Source of the DNA: a virus
Lineage: Duplodnaviria > Caudoviricetes
Direction: 5' to 3' (one strand)
Virus record (IMG/VR): IMGVR_UViG_3300021959_007005
Length of the DNA stretch: 64,000 bases
Shown: piece by piece, positions 30,045 through 38,132 of the stretch
How positions within the stretch are numbered: position 1 is the stretch's first letter
Layout of the letters: every line of letters starts with the position of its first letter
Notes under the pieces: model-generated
What the model was told of the DNA's origin: nothing
Databases searched by the model: none
Seen by the model: only the letters and a program-made list of their open reading frames with translations
Made by a program: the position numbers and the translations under genes

Positions 30045-30109
30045 AACTGTTGACATTAACATGCTATGATGCTATAAATTAAGAGTAAGTTAACACAGAG
30101 GAACATAAA

Positions 30110-30493
30110 ATGGCTTTTGCAAACACTGGTTGGAACCCAAAAAATGCATCATGGGGATGCACTACTGAAACCAAACAACTAGCAGAAGGTCTTACTTCTC
30201 TTAGTACTTGGCCATCGGCTGGCGAAGTTGAAGATAAGAAAAATAATCCTGCTATGGAAAAGTTTCGTAAAGCACAAAATGTTGTCTATGATATCTTTAA
30301 CAATGGGTTAGGCAATCGTGCTTATCAATGCAGACATGCATTAGATGGACTTACCAAAGCAGAACTTGCGTTTGCAACATATATTAATGGTCGGTTTTGT
30401 TATCCTGCAAATTGGGACCAGATTGAAGAAAAAGTTGAAGAAAAGTTTACGCCAATTGTAATGGCAGCGGCCCGGGAACAGGGTCTAATATAA
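30110..30493 (+). CDS. early hypothetical protein
   Basis: TTGACA..TGcTATAAA promoter at about 30049-30078, SD GAGG. Confidence 0.6.
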   Translation: MAFANTGWNPKNASWGCTTETKQLAEGLTSLSTWPSAGEVEDKKNNPAMEKFRKAQNVVYDIFNNGLGNRAYQCRHALDGLTKAELAFATYINGRFCYPANWDQIEEKVEEKFTPIVMAAAREQGLI

Positions 30494-30559
30494 AATAATT
30501 TTGGGAGGCAAAATTACCACCTGGGCAATAATGCCCCGCTCAACATAAAGGAGATCCCA

Positions 30560-30811
30560 ATGAGTGAAAAAACTGAAACTGTTGTTGAAGCAACAAAAAT
30601 TGTAGGCAAATTTGCATTTATATTTGTTGTATTAATGGCTAGCATCACTGCTTTTACATGGCTATATAAACAATATGGCGTAGAAGGAACACTAGCAGAA
30701 ATGTATGGAATTGGCACATTTGCAGTACCATTTTTTGTATACATGATTGCAAGTATGGTGTGGGGCGAAGCCAAACACCGTGTTTGGATGCGTAACAACA
30801 ACATAGAATAA
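30560..30811 (+). CDS. two-TM membrane protein
   Basis: SD AGGAG, two hydrophobic helices. Confidence 0.6.
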   Translation: MSEKTETVVEATKIVGKFAFIFVVLMASITAFTWLYKQYGVEGTLAEMYGIGTFAVPFFVYMIASMVWGEAKHRVWMRNNNIE

Positions 30812-30816
30812 ACTAT

Positions 30817-30845
30817 AAAAGGATGCAGTAAAATGCATCCTTTTT
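30817..30845 (+). terminator. intrinsic terminator
   Basis: aaaaggatgca-gtaaaa-tgcatcctttt then T. Confidence 0.75.
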
Positions 30846-30858
30846 AAAGGAGAAGGAA

Positions 30859-30978
30859 ATGAACAATTTACCAGATTATATTGCGGCACGATTTGCCCAA
30901 GTCGCGATTATTGTAATATTTTTAATGGGCATGATTGGTTTAGGTATTGAACTTTATACAGGGAGTCTTCCACTATGA
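30859..30978 (+). CDS. 39 aa membrane peptide (not in ORF track)
   Basis: SD AGGAG/AAGG; MNNLPDYIAARFAQVAIIVIFLMGMIGLGIELYTGSLPL; ATGA overlap. Confidence 0.5.
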   Translation: MNNLPDYIAARFAQVAIIVIFLMGMIGLGIELYTGSLPL

Positions 30979-31184
30979 GCGTAGAAAATTTTATTGCAGA
31001 TGAAGTGTCTAAGATTAATGCTACATCCAAACAAGGAGAGCAAGCCGAGATGGTACAACTTGACATGAATGTGTGGGCAAAACAAAATGGTTATGAAGAC
31101 CGTACAAGTGCAATTTCTGTATATGCACAACAACGAGGTTGGTTACAGAAAAATATTAATGGAATGGAAATTGTGAATCTGTAA
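30975..31184 (+). CDS. hypothetical protein
   Basis: 69 aa coupled ORF. Confidence 0.5.
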   Translation: MSVENFIADEVSKINATSKQGEQAEMVQLDMNVWAKQNGYEDRTSAISVYAQQRGWLQKNINGMEIVNL

Positions 31185-31187
31185 AGA

Positions 31188-31226
31188 TTGACTAATCGTA
31201 TATAATCGTATATAATCGTATATAAT
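31188..31226 (+). repeat. 10-bp tandem repeat x3.4 inside a sigma70 promoter
   Basis: (taatcgtata)3 taat 31193-31226; TTGACT 31188-93; TATAAT at 31201, 31211, 31221. Confidence 0.85.
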
Positions 31227-31245
31227 TTAGTTGTAAAGGTAGACT

Positions 31246-31437
31246 ATGGGATTTAATAATAAAGAAGATATTACTGAATGGGCAATGGTGCAAATAAACA
31301 AATATGGTATCAGACATCCTGATACATTTACTGAAAATGAGATTGCATATGCATGTCCAGAAATTCCAGTGCAAGTTATTAAAAATCACGTACATCAACG
31401 TGATATAGAAGAATATGAAATGGATGACGGGTCATAA
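31246..31437 (+). CDS. hypothetical protein
   Basis: 63 aa ORF downstream of repeat promoter. Confidence 0.5.
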   Translation: MGFNNKEDITEWAMVQINKYGIRHPDTFTENEIAYACPEIPVQVIKNHVHQRDIEEYEMDDGS

Positions 31438-31461
31438 CCCTCCAGAAAGATACGGCAATAA

Positions 31462-31701
31462 ATGACATACGAGATTGAAACTATTTTTTATAACAACTTA
31501 GGAGGAATTCGTACGAAGGAATGTGAGTTGTTTGATACTAAACAAAAAGCTATCAAGCATATGCATTATAAAGCATCTAAACGAGAACACCTAAAAAAAC
31601 AAGGTGCAGTTAAAGAGGGATGCATAAAATTTGTAGATGAACGAGGTGTCGTTAGAGAGGAAATTAAAATAGGTACTTTGTTATCTACACGTGAAACTTA
31701 A
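31462..31701 (+). CDS. hypothetical protein
   Basis: 79 aa ORF. Confidence 0.5.
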   Translation: MTYEIETIFYNNLGGIRTKECELFDTKQKAIKHMHYKASKREHLKKQGAVKEGCIKFVDERGVVREEIKIGTLLSTRET

Positions 31702-31728
31702 TCATAATTATTACGAGGCAGAGTAAAA

Positions 31729-32262
31729 ATGAAGGCAGTTTTAATAGTAGTATCAATTGGGCTATTGTGGGCACAAGAATCGTTCGCAGAAACGATTACC
31801 CGTCCAAAGTCAAAAATACATCCAACTGTTGTTTTTGATCCAATAACATATCCTGAAGAACACTGTTTAGCTCTTAATGTATATTACGAAGCAAGAAGCA
31901 GTAATTTAGCAGATAAGTATGCAGTATCAGATGTTGTTCTTAATCGGGTATTAGATAGCAGATATCCAAACACTGTATGTGAAGTAATTAAGCAAGGGCC
32001 TGTTGCTAACAACGGATACCCTAAACTTCATAAATGTCAGTTTAGTTGGTGGTGTGATGGTAAATCAGATATTCCAAAACCAGGCGATGCATGGATTGAA
32101 GCACAAACAATTGCATTTAATTTATATAATTTCGCCAATTATAGAGGAATTACTGAAGGTTCAACACATTATCATGCTAATTATATTTCCAGTCCAGTAT
32201 GGGTGAAAGAACTACAGCTAGTAGGTCGCATTGGTTCACACATATATTATAGGTGGGAATAG
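31729..32262 (+). CDS. SleB-like cell wall hydrolase (Hydrolase_2)
   Basis: signal peptide; CLALNVYYEAR, VVLNRV..YPNTVCEV, CQFSW, HYHA, IGSHIYY. Confidence 0.9.
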   Translation: MKAVLIVVSIGLLWAQESFAETITRPKSKIHPTVVFDPITYPEEHCLALNVYYEARSSNLADKYAVSDVVLNRVLDSRYPNTVCEVIKQGPVANNGYPKLHKCQFSWWCDGKSDIPKPGDAWIEAQTIAFNLYNFANYRGITEGSTHYHANYISSPVWVKELQLVGRIGSHIYYRWE

Positions 32263-32274
32263 CTAAATACATAC

Positions 32275-32964
32275 ATGAAAATAAATGAAATAGTATTATC
32301 ACAGCTTGATGAGGGTCCACACGACCCTCATATTTTTAAAGCAATATTCCTTTCTGGTGGGCCAGGTAGCGGTAAAAGCTATGTGGCTCGACAAATCTTG
32401 CAAGGCTATGGTCTTAAATTTGTAAACAGTGATGATATATATGAATACCTTGCTAACAAGAATGATTTGGACATGTCTGATCCGTCACAAATTATTAGTA
32501 AACAAGGGCAAGAAATTAGAGGAAAAGCTAAAGATATAACCAACAATAAAAAAGGTAGTCATTTACGTGGCCGCTTAGGTATGGTGATTGACGGTACTGG
32601 AAAAAATCTTAACACTGTTTCCAAACAAGTTATCGGTCTTAGAGCTATTGGATATGATTGTATGATGGTTATGGTTAATACAGATTTAGACGTGGCACAA
32701 GGACGAAATGCAAAAAGAGCAAGACGTGTGCCAACAGAACTTGTAACTCAGATGTGGAATAAAGTCCAATCTAATTTAATGAAGTTTCAACAAGTATTTG
32801 GTGCTAGTAATTTTCATATTGTTGATAACAGCGGTGGATTAGAAGATCCAGACCGAAAAGAAAATATTCTTAATGTAGAAAAAGCAGTTAGAAATTTTCT
32901 TACAAAAAACCCCACACATAGAGCAGCAACTCAGTGGATTAACTCTCACAGAAAAAGTACTTAA
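32275..32964 (+). CDS. P-loop kinase (zeta-toxin/AAA_33-like)
   Basis: AIFLSGGPGSGKS, VNSDD, VIDGTG, RNAKRAR lid. Confidence 0.7.
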   Translation: MKINEIVLSQLDEGPHDPHIFKAIFLSGGPGSGKSYVARQILQGYGLKFVNSDDIYEYLANKNDLDMSDPSQIISKQGQEIRGKAKDITNNKKGSHLRGRLGMVIDGTGKNLNTVSKQVIGLRAIGYDCMMVMVNTDLDVAQGRNAKRARRVPTELVTQMWNKVQSNLMKFQQVFGASNFHIVDNSGGLEDPDRKENILNVEKAVRNFLTKNPTHRAATQWINSHRKST

Positions 32965-32990
32965 CATCAGTGAGAAAAGGAATAACTGAA

Positions 32991-33338
32991 ATGCACACCT
33001 ATAAATGTCAAACAATAAGAGTGGTAGATGGAAATACTGTTGATGCTATCATTGATCTTGGATTTAATGTAACTATATCTCAGCGTATAAAGTTATATGG
33101 TGTTTATGTGGAAGATATTAAAAGCACTGACAGTGAAATTAAGAATATGGCAATTAAATCAAAAGAAAAATTGTCAGAAATATTAGGAAAAGAATTTGTA
33201 TGTGAAACTATTATGAATAAACGTGGCAGAGCAGGTAGAATTATGGGAAAAATTAATACTACTGATGCCAGTGGAAATAAGATAGATGTCAATGATATGC
33301 TAATTCAACAAGGCTTTGCAAAGCATTTTGGAGAATAG
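32991..33338 (+). CDS. thermonuclease (SNase)-like protein, probably catalytically degenerate
   Basis: RVVDGNTVD, IKLYGVYVED in place of DGDT and RLxGIDTPE; start at 32991. Confidence 0.7.
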   Translation: MHTYKCQTIRVVDGNTVDAIIDLGFNVTISQRIKLYGVYVEDIKSTDSEIKNMAIKSKEKLSEILGKEFVCETIMNKRGRAGRIMGKINTTDASGNKIDVNDMLIQQGFAKHFGE

Positions 33339-33341
33339 GAC

Positions 33342-35507
33342 ATGTTTTTAGGTATATTAACATTAATAATAGCACTAACTATTAGTGCAGTGGCTATCTA
33401 CTATAGTGTAGCAGGACTAGTTGCAATATTTGCCGCAGCCGCCCTACCAATTATAATTATGGGTGGTGCCCTTGAGATTGGTAAATTGGTAACAGCATTA
33501 TGGCTACATAAAAATTGGGCAAAAGCAAAATGGTGGCTTAAAGGTTATCTAAGTATTGCTGTATTTGTATTAATGTTTATCACAAGTATGGGAATTTTTG
33601 GATTCTTGTCTAAAGCACATATTGAACAAACTTCTGGTGCAGAAGAAGGGTTAGCACAAATTGAAAGAATCGATCAAGATGTACTGCGTCAAGAAGCTAT
33701 TATTGAACGAGCAGAAACTCGTATAATTAAAGCAGAAAATAATGCTGACAAACAAGATACAGGTATACAAGAAAAAATTGATAAAGAGCAAGAAAGAATT
33801 GATAGTGCTTATAATCGACGTGAACCTGCCATTGCAGAACAAAATGCAATAATTTTAGCACAAGCTACTGCATTAGAAGATCGTGTCACAGTATATGAAA
33901 ATGAAATTAAAGACTTAGGCGATGAATTAACAAGGTTAAATGAACTAGTTAATGAATATCGTACACAACTTGATAGTACAACTGTTGCAAGTGTAGAAGA
34001 ACAAATACAACCTTATCAAGATCAAATTGCACAACTAGATGTAGATTTAGAACGTATTAACACACAAGCAAATGAATATGAAGCTCGTATTAGTCAAGTA
34101 CAAGTGGATAATACCGCAATACAAAGTTTACAAGAACAAATTACAAATGTTGAAGAAGCAATTGTAGTAACTACAAATAAATTGCAAAGTACAGAACGAG
34201 ATCAAATTAAGGCCGGTCAGGCTGTTATTGGTGTAACTAGTGACGGACTATTTGGGGGCAATACTCGTCGAGCATTAGCAACTTGGGTAGAAGCACAACA
34301 AGAACGTATTGCACAACTACAAGCACAAGAGTCGGAATTAAGAACGCAAGCACAAAATACAGTTAATAATGAACGTGCAAGACTAACTGACCTTGTTAAA
34401 GACTTGCGTGGCACAAAAACTGAGCAAGCAAATAGTCGTAAGCAAGGCTTGCTCGACACCATTGCATCATTACGCAATGATGCGGCAAGTGGTTTACAAA
34501 CAACTCGTAATACCATTCAAGAAAAGATTGATTATATCCTTGCCACCGATATACCAGATGTTAGACAAGATAGAACAATTGCGCAAAATAAAATAACAGA
34601 ATTAAGAAATGCACCTAATGTTATTGTTGAATCAGCTCGAGAAGAAATTACTAGACAACGTAATAGTGCTGATAGTGAAATAGCCGCTGCACAAAGTATT
34701 ATTAACAAGTTACGTAATGAAATACAAATTGGTGATAATGTGGACTTAGACGATATTATCCGCCAACAAAATACAATCATACGTGATGCCAATGATGCAA
34801 CTGACATATTAATTGAACAAAAATATGAATTACAAGCAGAGTATAGAAAACTTGAGGCAGAAGTAGGGCCGATTAAATATCTAGCAGAGTTTGTTTATGG
34901 TGATGTAGCAGATCAAGACATCCTTGAACAAGCCGTACGATGGGTTATTTTAGTCATTATATTTGTATTTGATCCACTAGCGGTATTATTATTAATAGCA
35001 AGCCAATATACATTTGAATGGCGTAGACAAGAAAAGGTAACACACAATGTACACACAGATGATAGACCTATACCTCCAGAACCTAAAAACGATGGACCGG
35101 ATAATGGGGACAAACTACCAGAAGATATGCAAGATGATGATATGGGACATAATGAACGAGATAGAGAAACCGTTGATGAGGAAAGTTTATCAGGACGGAG
35201 CAAATTGGAATCTGCACAAGAACAAGTTCTTAACAGTGGAGAAGCCAAGGAGCAAACTGATACCGAACAGGACACCGGAGGAAGTTCTGGAGAGATACCA
35301 GAGCAAGAAGCGACCGATTTAATAGTTGACAAGAAAGCATATAACCCGTATACTGATGATAGACCTGACGAAGAATTAACAAAAATTCAATTATCAGCTA
35401 GACATGATATGAAACTATATAGCCCTAGTGGGGTGTTAGTTTCTAATAGAGGCAAGGCTATTAAAAAAGTAACCATTAAATCGAAAGAGGACAAGAACAC
35501 CCAATGA
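33342..35507 (+). CDS. membrane-anchored long coiled-coil protein
   Basis: 3-4 N-terminal TM helices, about 450 aa heptads, TM with FVFDPLAVLLL, acidic tail. Confidence 0.7.
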   Translation: MFLGILTLIIALTISAVAIYYSVAGLVAIFAAAALPIIIMGGALEIGKLVTALWLHKNWAKAKWWLKGYLSIAVFVLMFITSMGIFGFLSKAHIEQTSGAEEGLAQIERIDQDVLRQEAIIERAETRIIKAENNADKQDTGIQEKIDKEQERIDSAYNRREPAIAEQNAIILAQATALEDRVTVYENEIKDLGDELTRLNELVNEYRTQLDSTTVASVEEQIQPYQDQIAQLDVDLERINTQANEYEARISQVQVDNTAIQSLQEQITNVEEAIVVTTNKLQSTERDQIKAGQAVIGVTSDGLFGGNTRRALATWVEAQQERIAQLQAQESELRTQAQNTVNNERARLTDLVKDLRGTKTEQANSRKQGLLDTIASLRNDAASGLQTTRNTIQEKIDYILATDIPDVRQDRTIAQNKITELRNAPNVIVESAREEITRQRNSADSEIAAAQSIINKLRNEIQIGDNVDLDDIIRQQNTIIRDANDATDILIEQKYELQAEYRKLEAEVGPIKYLAEFVYGDVADQDILEQAVRWVILVIIFVFDPLAVLLLIASQYTFEWRRQEKVTHNVHTDDRPIPPEPKNDGPDNGDKLPEDMQDDDMGHNERDRETVDEESLSGRSKLESAQEQVLNSGEAKEQTDTEQDTGGSSGEIPEQEATDLIVDKKAYNPYTDDRPDEELTKIQLSARHDMKLYSPSGVLVSNRGKAIKKVTIKSKEDKNTQ

Positions 35508-35932
35508 GGGAAAATCCAATCTACACAGTAACTCCACCAGATATGATGCTACCTGATCGTGGACCGATTATTACATTATTAACCACAGAACAATCATTTG
35601 TTGATCAAGTAGAAACACTTTATGAGAACTTATTTAAAAGTGTTCCAATTACATTGTATCACCCTGGCGGCATTGTAAATGATTCAAACAGTGGGTGGCT
35701 AATGTCAATGGCTCGTTTTAGTGATACACTATACATTGATCTTGATAGTATAAATGAATTAGGTATAGTAGTAAGTTTAATGGCTAATACTAATAAAGTG
35801 TTTATTACTAAAACCAATAAGCGTAAAAGTATTGTAAAATTACTTAATACCAAACAGAGCTCTAAGTGTGCTGTTTTTGAAGACTTAAATGAATATGCAG
35901 AAATGATGCTGGATTCGATGCACTATGAATAG
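35504..35932 (+). CDS. hypothetical protein
   Basis: 142 aa, overlapping both neighbours. Confidence 0.55.
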   Translation: MRENPIYTVTPPDMMLPDRGPIITLLTTEQSFVDQVETLYENLFKSVPITLYHPGGIVNDSNSGWLMSMARFSDTLYIDLDSINELGIVVSLMANTNKVFITKTNKRKSIVKLLNTKQSSKCAVFEDLNEYAEMMLDSMHYE

Positions 35933-36464
35933 ATCAGCATTTAAACAAGAAAATAAGACGGCACCCATTAACAATTATATACGTCAATCTAAGTTGAGAT
36001 TAATTGATCAAAATGGAATACAACATGGGATAATTGATAAGCATCGAGCATTACAAATGGCTGATGCAATTAATTTAGATTTAGTACTTATTAATGAAAA
36101 AGCAGATCCTCCTATTGCAAAATTGTTAGATGCGGGTAAATACTTTTACGAGCAAAAACGCAAAGAAAAAGACCTACAACGTAAGCAGCGTGAAAGCACA
36201 ACTGTAATTAAAGAAATGCAATTTAAATTAGGTATTGGAGATAATGATTTCAATACAAAATTAAGACATATTGAAAAATTTCTTAGTAAAGATTGTAAAG
36301 TTAAATGTGTTATCAAGTATCGTGGAAGAGAAAACGCTAATAAACAAATAGGATTTGAAATAATGGAACGCATTATTGAAAACACTACATCAACTGAATG
36401 GGACATTAAGCCTAGTTTAAATGGTAATAGACTAATAGGCATATTAAAAACGAGGAAAGAATGA
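35925..36464 (+). CDS. infC: translation initiation factor IF-3
   Basis: INNYIR..LRLID..G, DLVLI..PPIAKLLDAGKYFYE, IKEMQF, KVKCVIKYRGRE. Confidence 0.92.
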   Translation: MNRSAFKQENKTAPINNYIRQSKLRLIDQNGIQHGIIDKHRALQMADAINLDLVLINEKADPPIAKLLDAGKYFYEQKRKEKDLQRKQRESTTVIKEMQFKLGIGDNDFNTKLRHIEKFLSKDCKVKCVIKYRGRENANKQIGFEIMERIIENTTSTEWDIKPSLNGNRLIGILKTRKE

Positions 36465-36691
36465 GAGAACCTAAAAGAGAATATCAAAAACGTGGGCTTT
36501 ATGTTGAAGTTAGGAATAACGATGTAACTCGTGCTTTACGCAAGTTAAAAAAATTAGTGAATACTGAAGGGTTAGTTAAAGAACTTCGAGACAAAGAATA
36601 TTACGAAAAGCCTAGCTTAAAGAAAAAGAAAGCTAAAGCAGCCGCCAGAAAACGACACCTTAAAGAATTAGAAAAGAAAAAAGAAAAATAA
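36461..36691 (+). CDS. rpsU: 30S ribosomal protein bS21
   Basis: VEVRNNDVTRALRKLKK..EG..EYYEKPS..K..A..R. Confidence 0.92.
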   Translation: MREPKREYQKRGLYVEVRNNDVTRALRKLKKLVNTEGLVKELRDKEYYEKPSLKKKKAKAAARKRHLKELEKKKEK

Positions 36692-36694
36692 CTC

Positions 36695-36723
36695 TTGACT
36701 TTGCAAGTGAAACGTACTATATT
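36695..36723 (+). promoter_or_regulatory. sigma70 promoter with no ORF behind it
   Basis: TTGACT-17-TATATT. Confidence 0.7.
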
Positions 36724-36729
36724 ATATAC

Positions 36730-37060
36730 ATAGCTTGGGAGATATCCCAGAGTTAGATAGTGCAAGGAAATGTTGTTTTGTAAGGACAATAACTTGGCTA
36801 GTAGCCGTAGTGGCAGCGTATGAGCATGGAGACATGAAGATACGTATTTCGAACGTAACTGTTTGATACTAGGCGCAACTGAAGGTATGAAATACTTACT
36901 AGGTTGTTGGAGGTAGACTGCAATCCTCCCTATCACTTTATATCCTAACTGTAACAAGAAAGGATCCCACTAGATAAGAATTATAGTGTCACTACAAGAA
37001 AAACAACGTAGTAGGGGTTGCGCCATAATACGCACGTTAGGGACCACGGTTAGTCCCTAA
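36730..37060 (+). ncRNA. candidate large structured ncRNA
   Basis: GC-enriched, no + strand ORF, at least 8 hairpins plus long-range pairings 36751-56/36945-50 and 36770-79/37000-09. Confidence 0.6.
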
Positions 37061-37076
37061 ATTACTAAATAAACAT

Positions 37077-37129
37077 GTAGATGCCAATAGGGTCTACTTT
37101 TACCAATCTTGCTTTAAAAGGAGATTATT
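37077..37129 (+). promoter_or_regulatory. ROSE-like RNA thermometer leader
   Basis: hairpin gtagat..cc-aata-gg..gtctac then aatcttGctt-taa-aaggagatt masking SD with bulged G (UUGCU motif). Confidence 0.6.
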
Positions 37130-37327
37130 ATGAAAGCAAATTATATCAACGGACTAGTGGACCAAATCCACACACAAACAAAAACTTTCCTCAACACAAT
37201 TGATCCAAGTGAACAGTACACAACGCCTCTACGGGCAATGGCTGACGCAAACACAGAGTTTGCTAAATCTTGGGCAACTGCAACAGAATCAATGACCACT
37301 GCTTATACAGCGGCATTGAAAGTGTAA
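37130..37327 (+). CDS. small helical protein, phasin-like
   Basis: 65 aa amphipathic, PL..MADANTEFAK; perfect SD. Confidence 0.55.
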   Translation: MKANYINGLVDQIHTQTKTFLNTIDPSEQYTTPLRAMADANTEFAKSWATATESMTTAYTAALKV

Positions 37328-37338
37328 GGGGGATGGAT

Positions 37339-37773
37339 ATGAATAGATTAACAACATTAGACATCAATAAACTTACTCCATATGCTGTTGGCTTTGATAG
37401 AGTATTTGACGATATGTTCAAATATGCAAATCATAACCAAAATAGTACAGGGGGATATCCACCTTACAACATTGTACGTGATGGTGAGAAGTTTCAAATT
37501 GAAATTGCACTAGCTGGTATTGCCAAAGAAGATTTGGATATTACAGTAGCAGAGGGTGTACTTACAGTTGAACACACACCGGAAGGCGAAGTAGAGTCTA
37601 GCGGATGGGAATGGTTACACAAAGGCATCAGCCAGCGTCATTTCAAACGCAACTTTACACTTAGCGACGACATTGTAGTAAATGGATCTAGAATGGAAAA
37701 TGGTATGCTATTCATCGAACTAGAGCGTATTATTCCAGAAGAGAAGAAACCACGCACTATTCAAATTAAATAA
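37339..37773 (+). CDS. small heat shock protein Hsp20 (IbpA-like)
   Basis: GFDRVFD, YPPYNI, IEIALAG, LHKGISQRHF, NGMLFI; start moved to 37339 (37333 possible). Confidence 0.93.
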   Translation: MNRLTTLDINKLTPYAVGFDRVFDDMFKYANHNQNSTGGYPPYNIVRDGEKFQIEIALAGIAKEDLDITVAEGVLTVEHTPEGEVESSGWEWLHKGISQRHFKRNFTLSDDIVVNGSRMENGMLFIELERIIPEEKKPRTIQIK

Positions 37774-37779
37774 GTAATA

Positions 37780-37803
37780 CTTGGGGAGGAATTCCTCCCC
37801 AAG
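37780..37803. terminator. perfect 24-bp palindrome between hsp20 and clpS
   Basis: cttggggaggaattcctccccaag; no U-tract. Confidence 0.5.
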
Positions 37804-37821
37804 AACTTTATAGGTAAATGT

Positions 37822-38121
37822 ATGAGCACTCAAGAAAATCTACAACAGAAAGAAAAGATAAACCTAGCAACCCCAAAAAAATACAAAGTTATAGTACATA
37901 ATGATGATGCTACTCCAATGGAGTTCGTTATCGAATTATTAGTAAACACATTTCAACACACAAGAGAAAGTGCAGAAAAAATTACATTATCTATACATGT
38001 AGAAGGTTCTGGTATAGCTGGTGTGTATTTTTATGAAATTGCTGAACAAAAAGTAGCAGAAGGTATTCTTGCAAGTAGATCCTTGGGATATCCATTAGTT
38101 CTTGAGATTGAAGAAACTTAG
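37822..38121 (+). CDS. clpS: ClpS adaptor protein
   Basis: [34 protein letters not shown]. Confidence 0.92.
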   Translation: MSTQENLQQKEKINLATPKKYKVIVHNDDATPMEFVIELLVNTFQHTRESAEKITLSIHVEGSGIAGVYFYEIAEQKVAEGILASRSLGYPLVLEIEET

Positions 38122-38132
38122 AAAGGAATTTT

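Noticed and set aside
36909-36990. Group I intron R/S-like strings (gtagactg, aagaattatagtg)
   Set aside because: No P3/P8, no flanking exons or interrupted gene.
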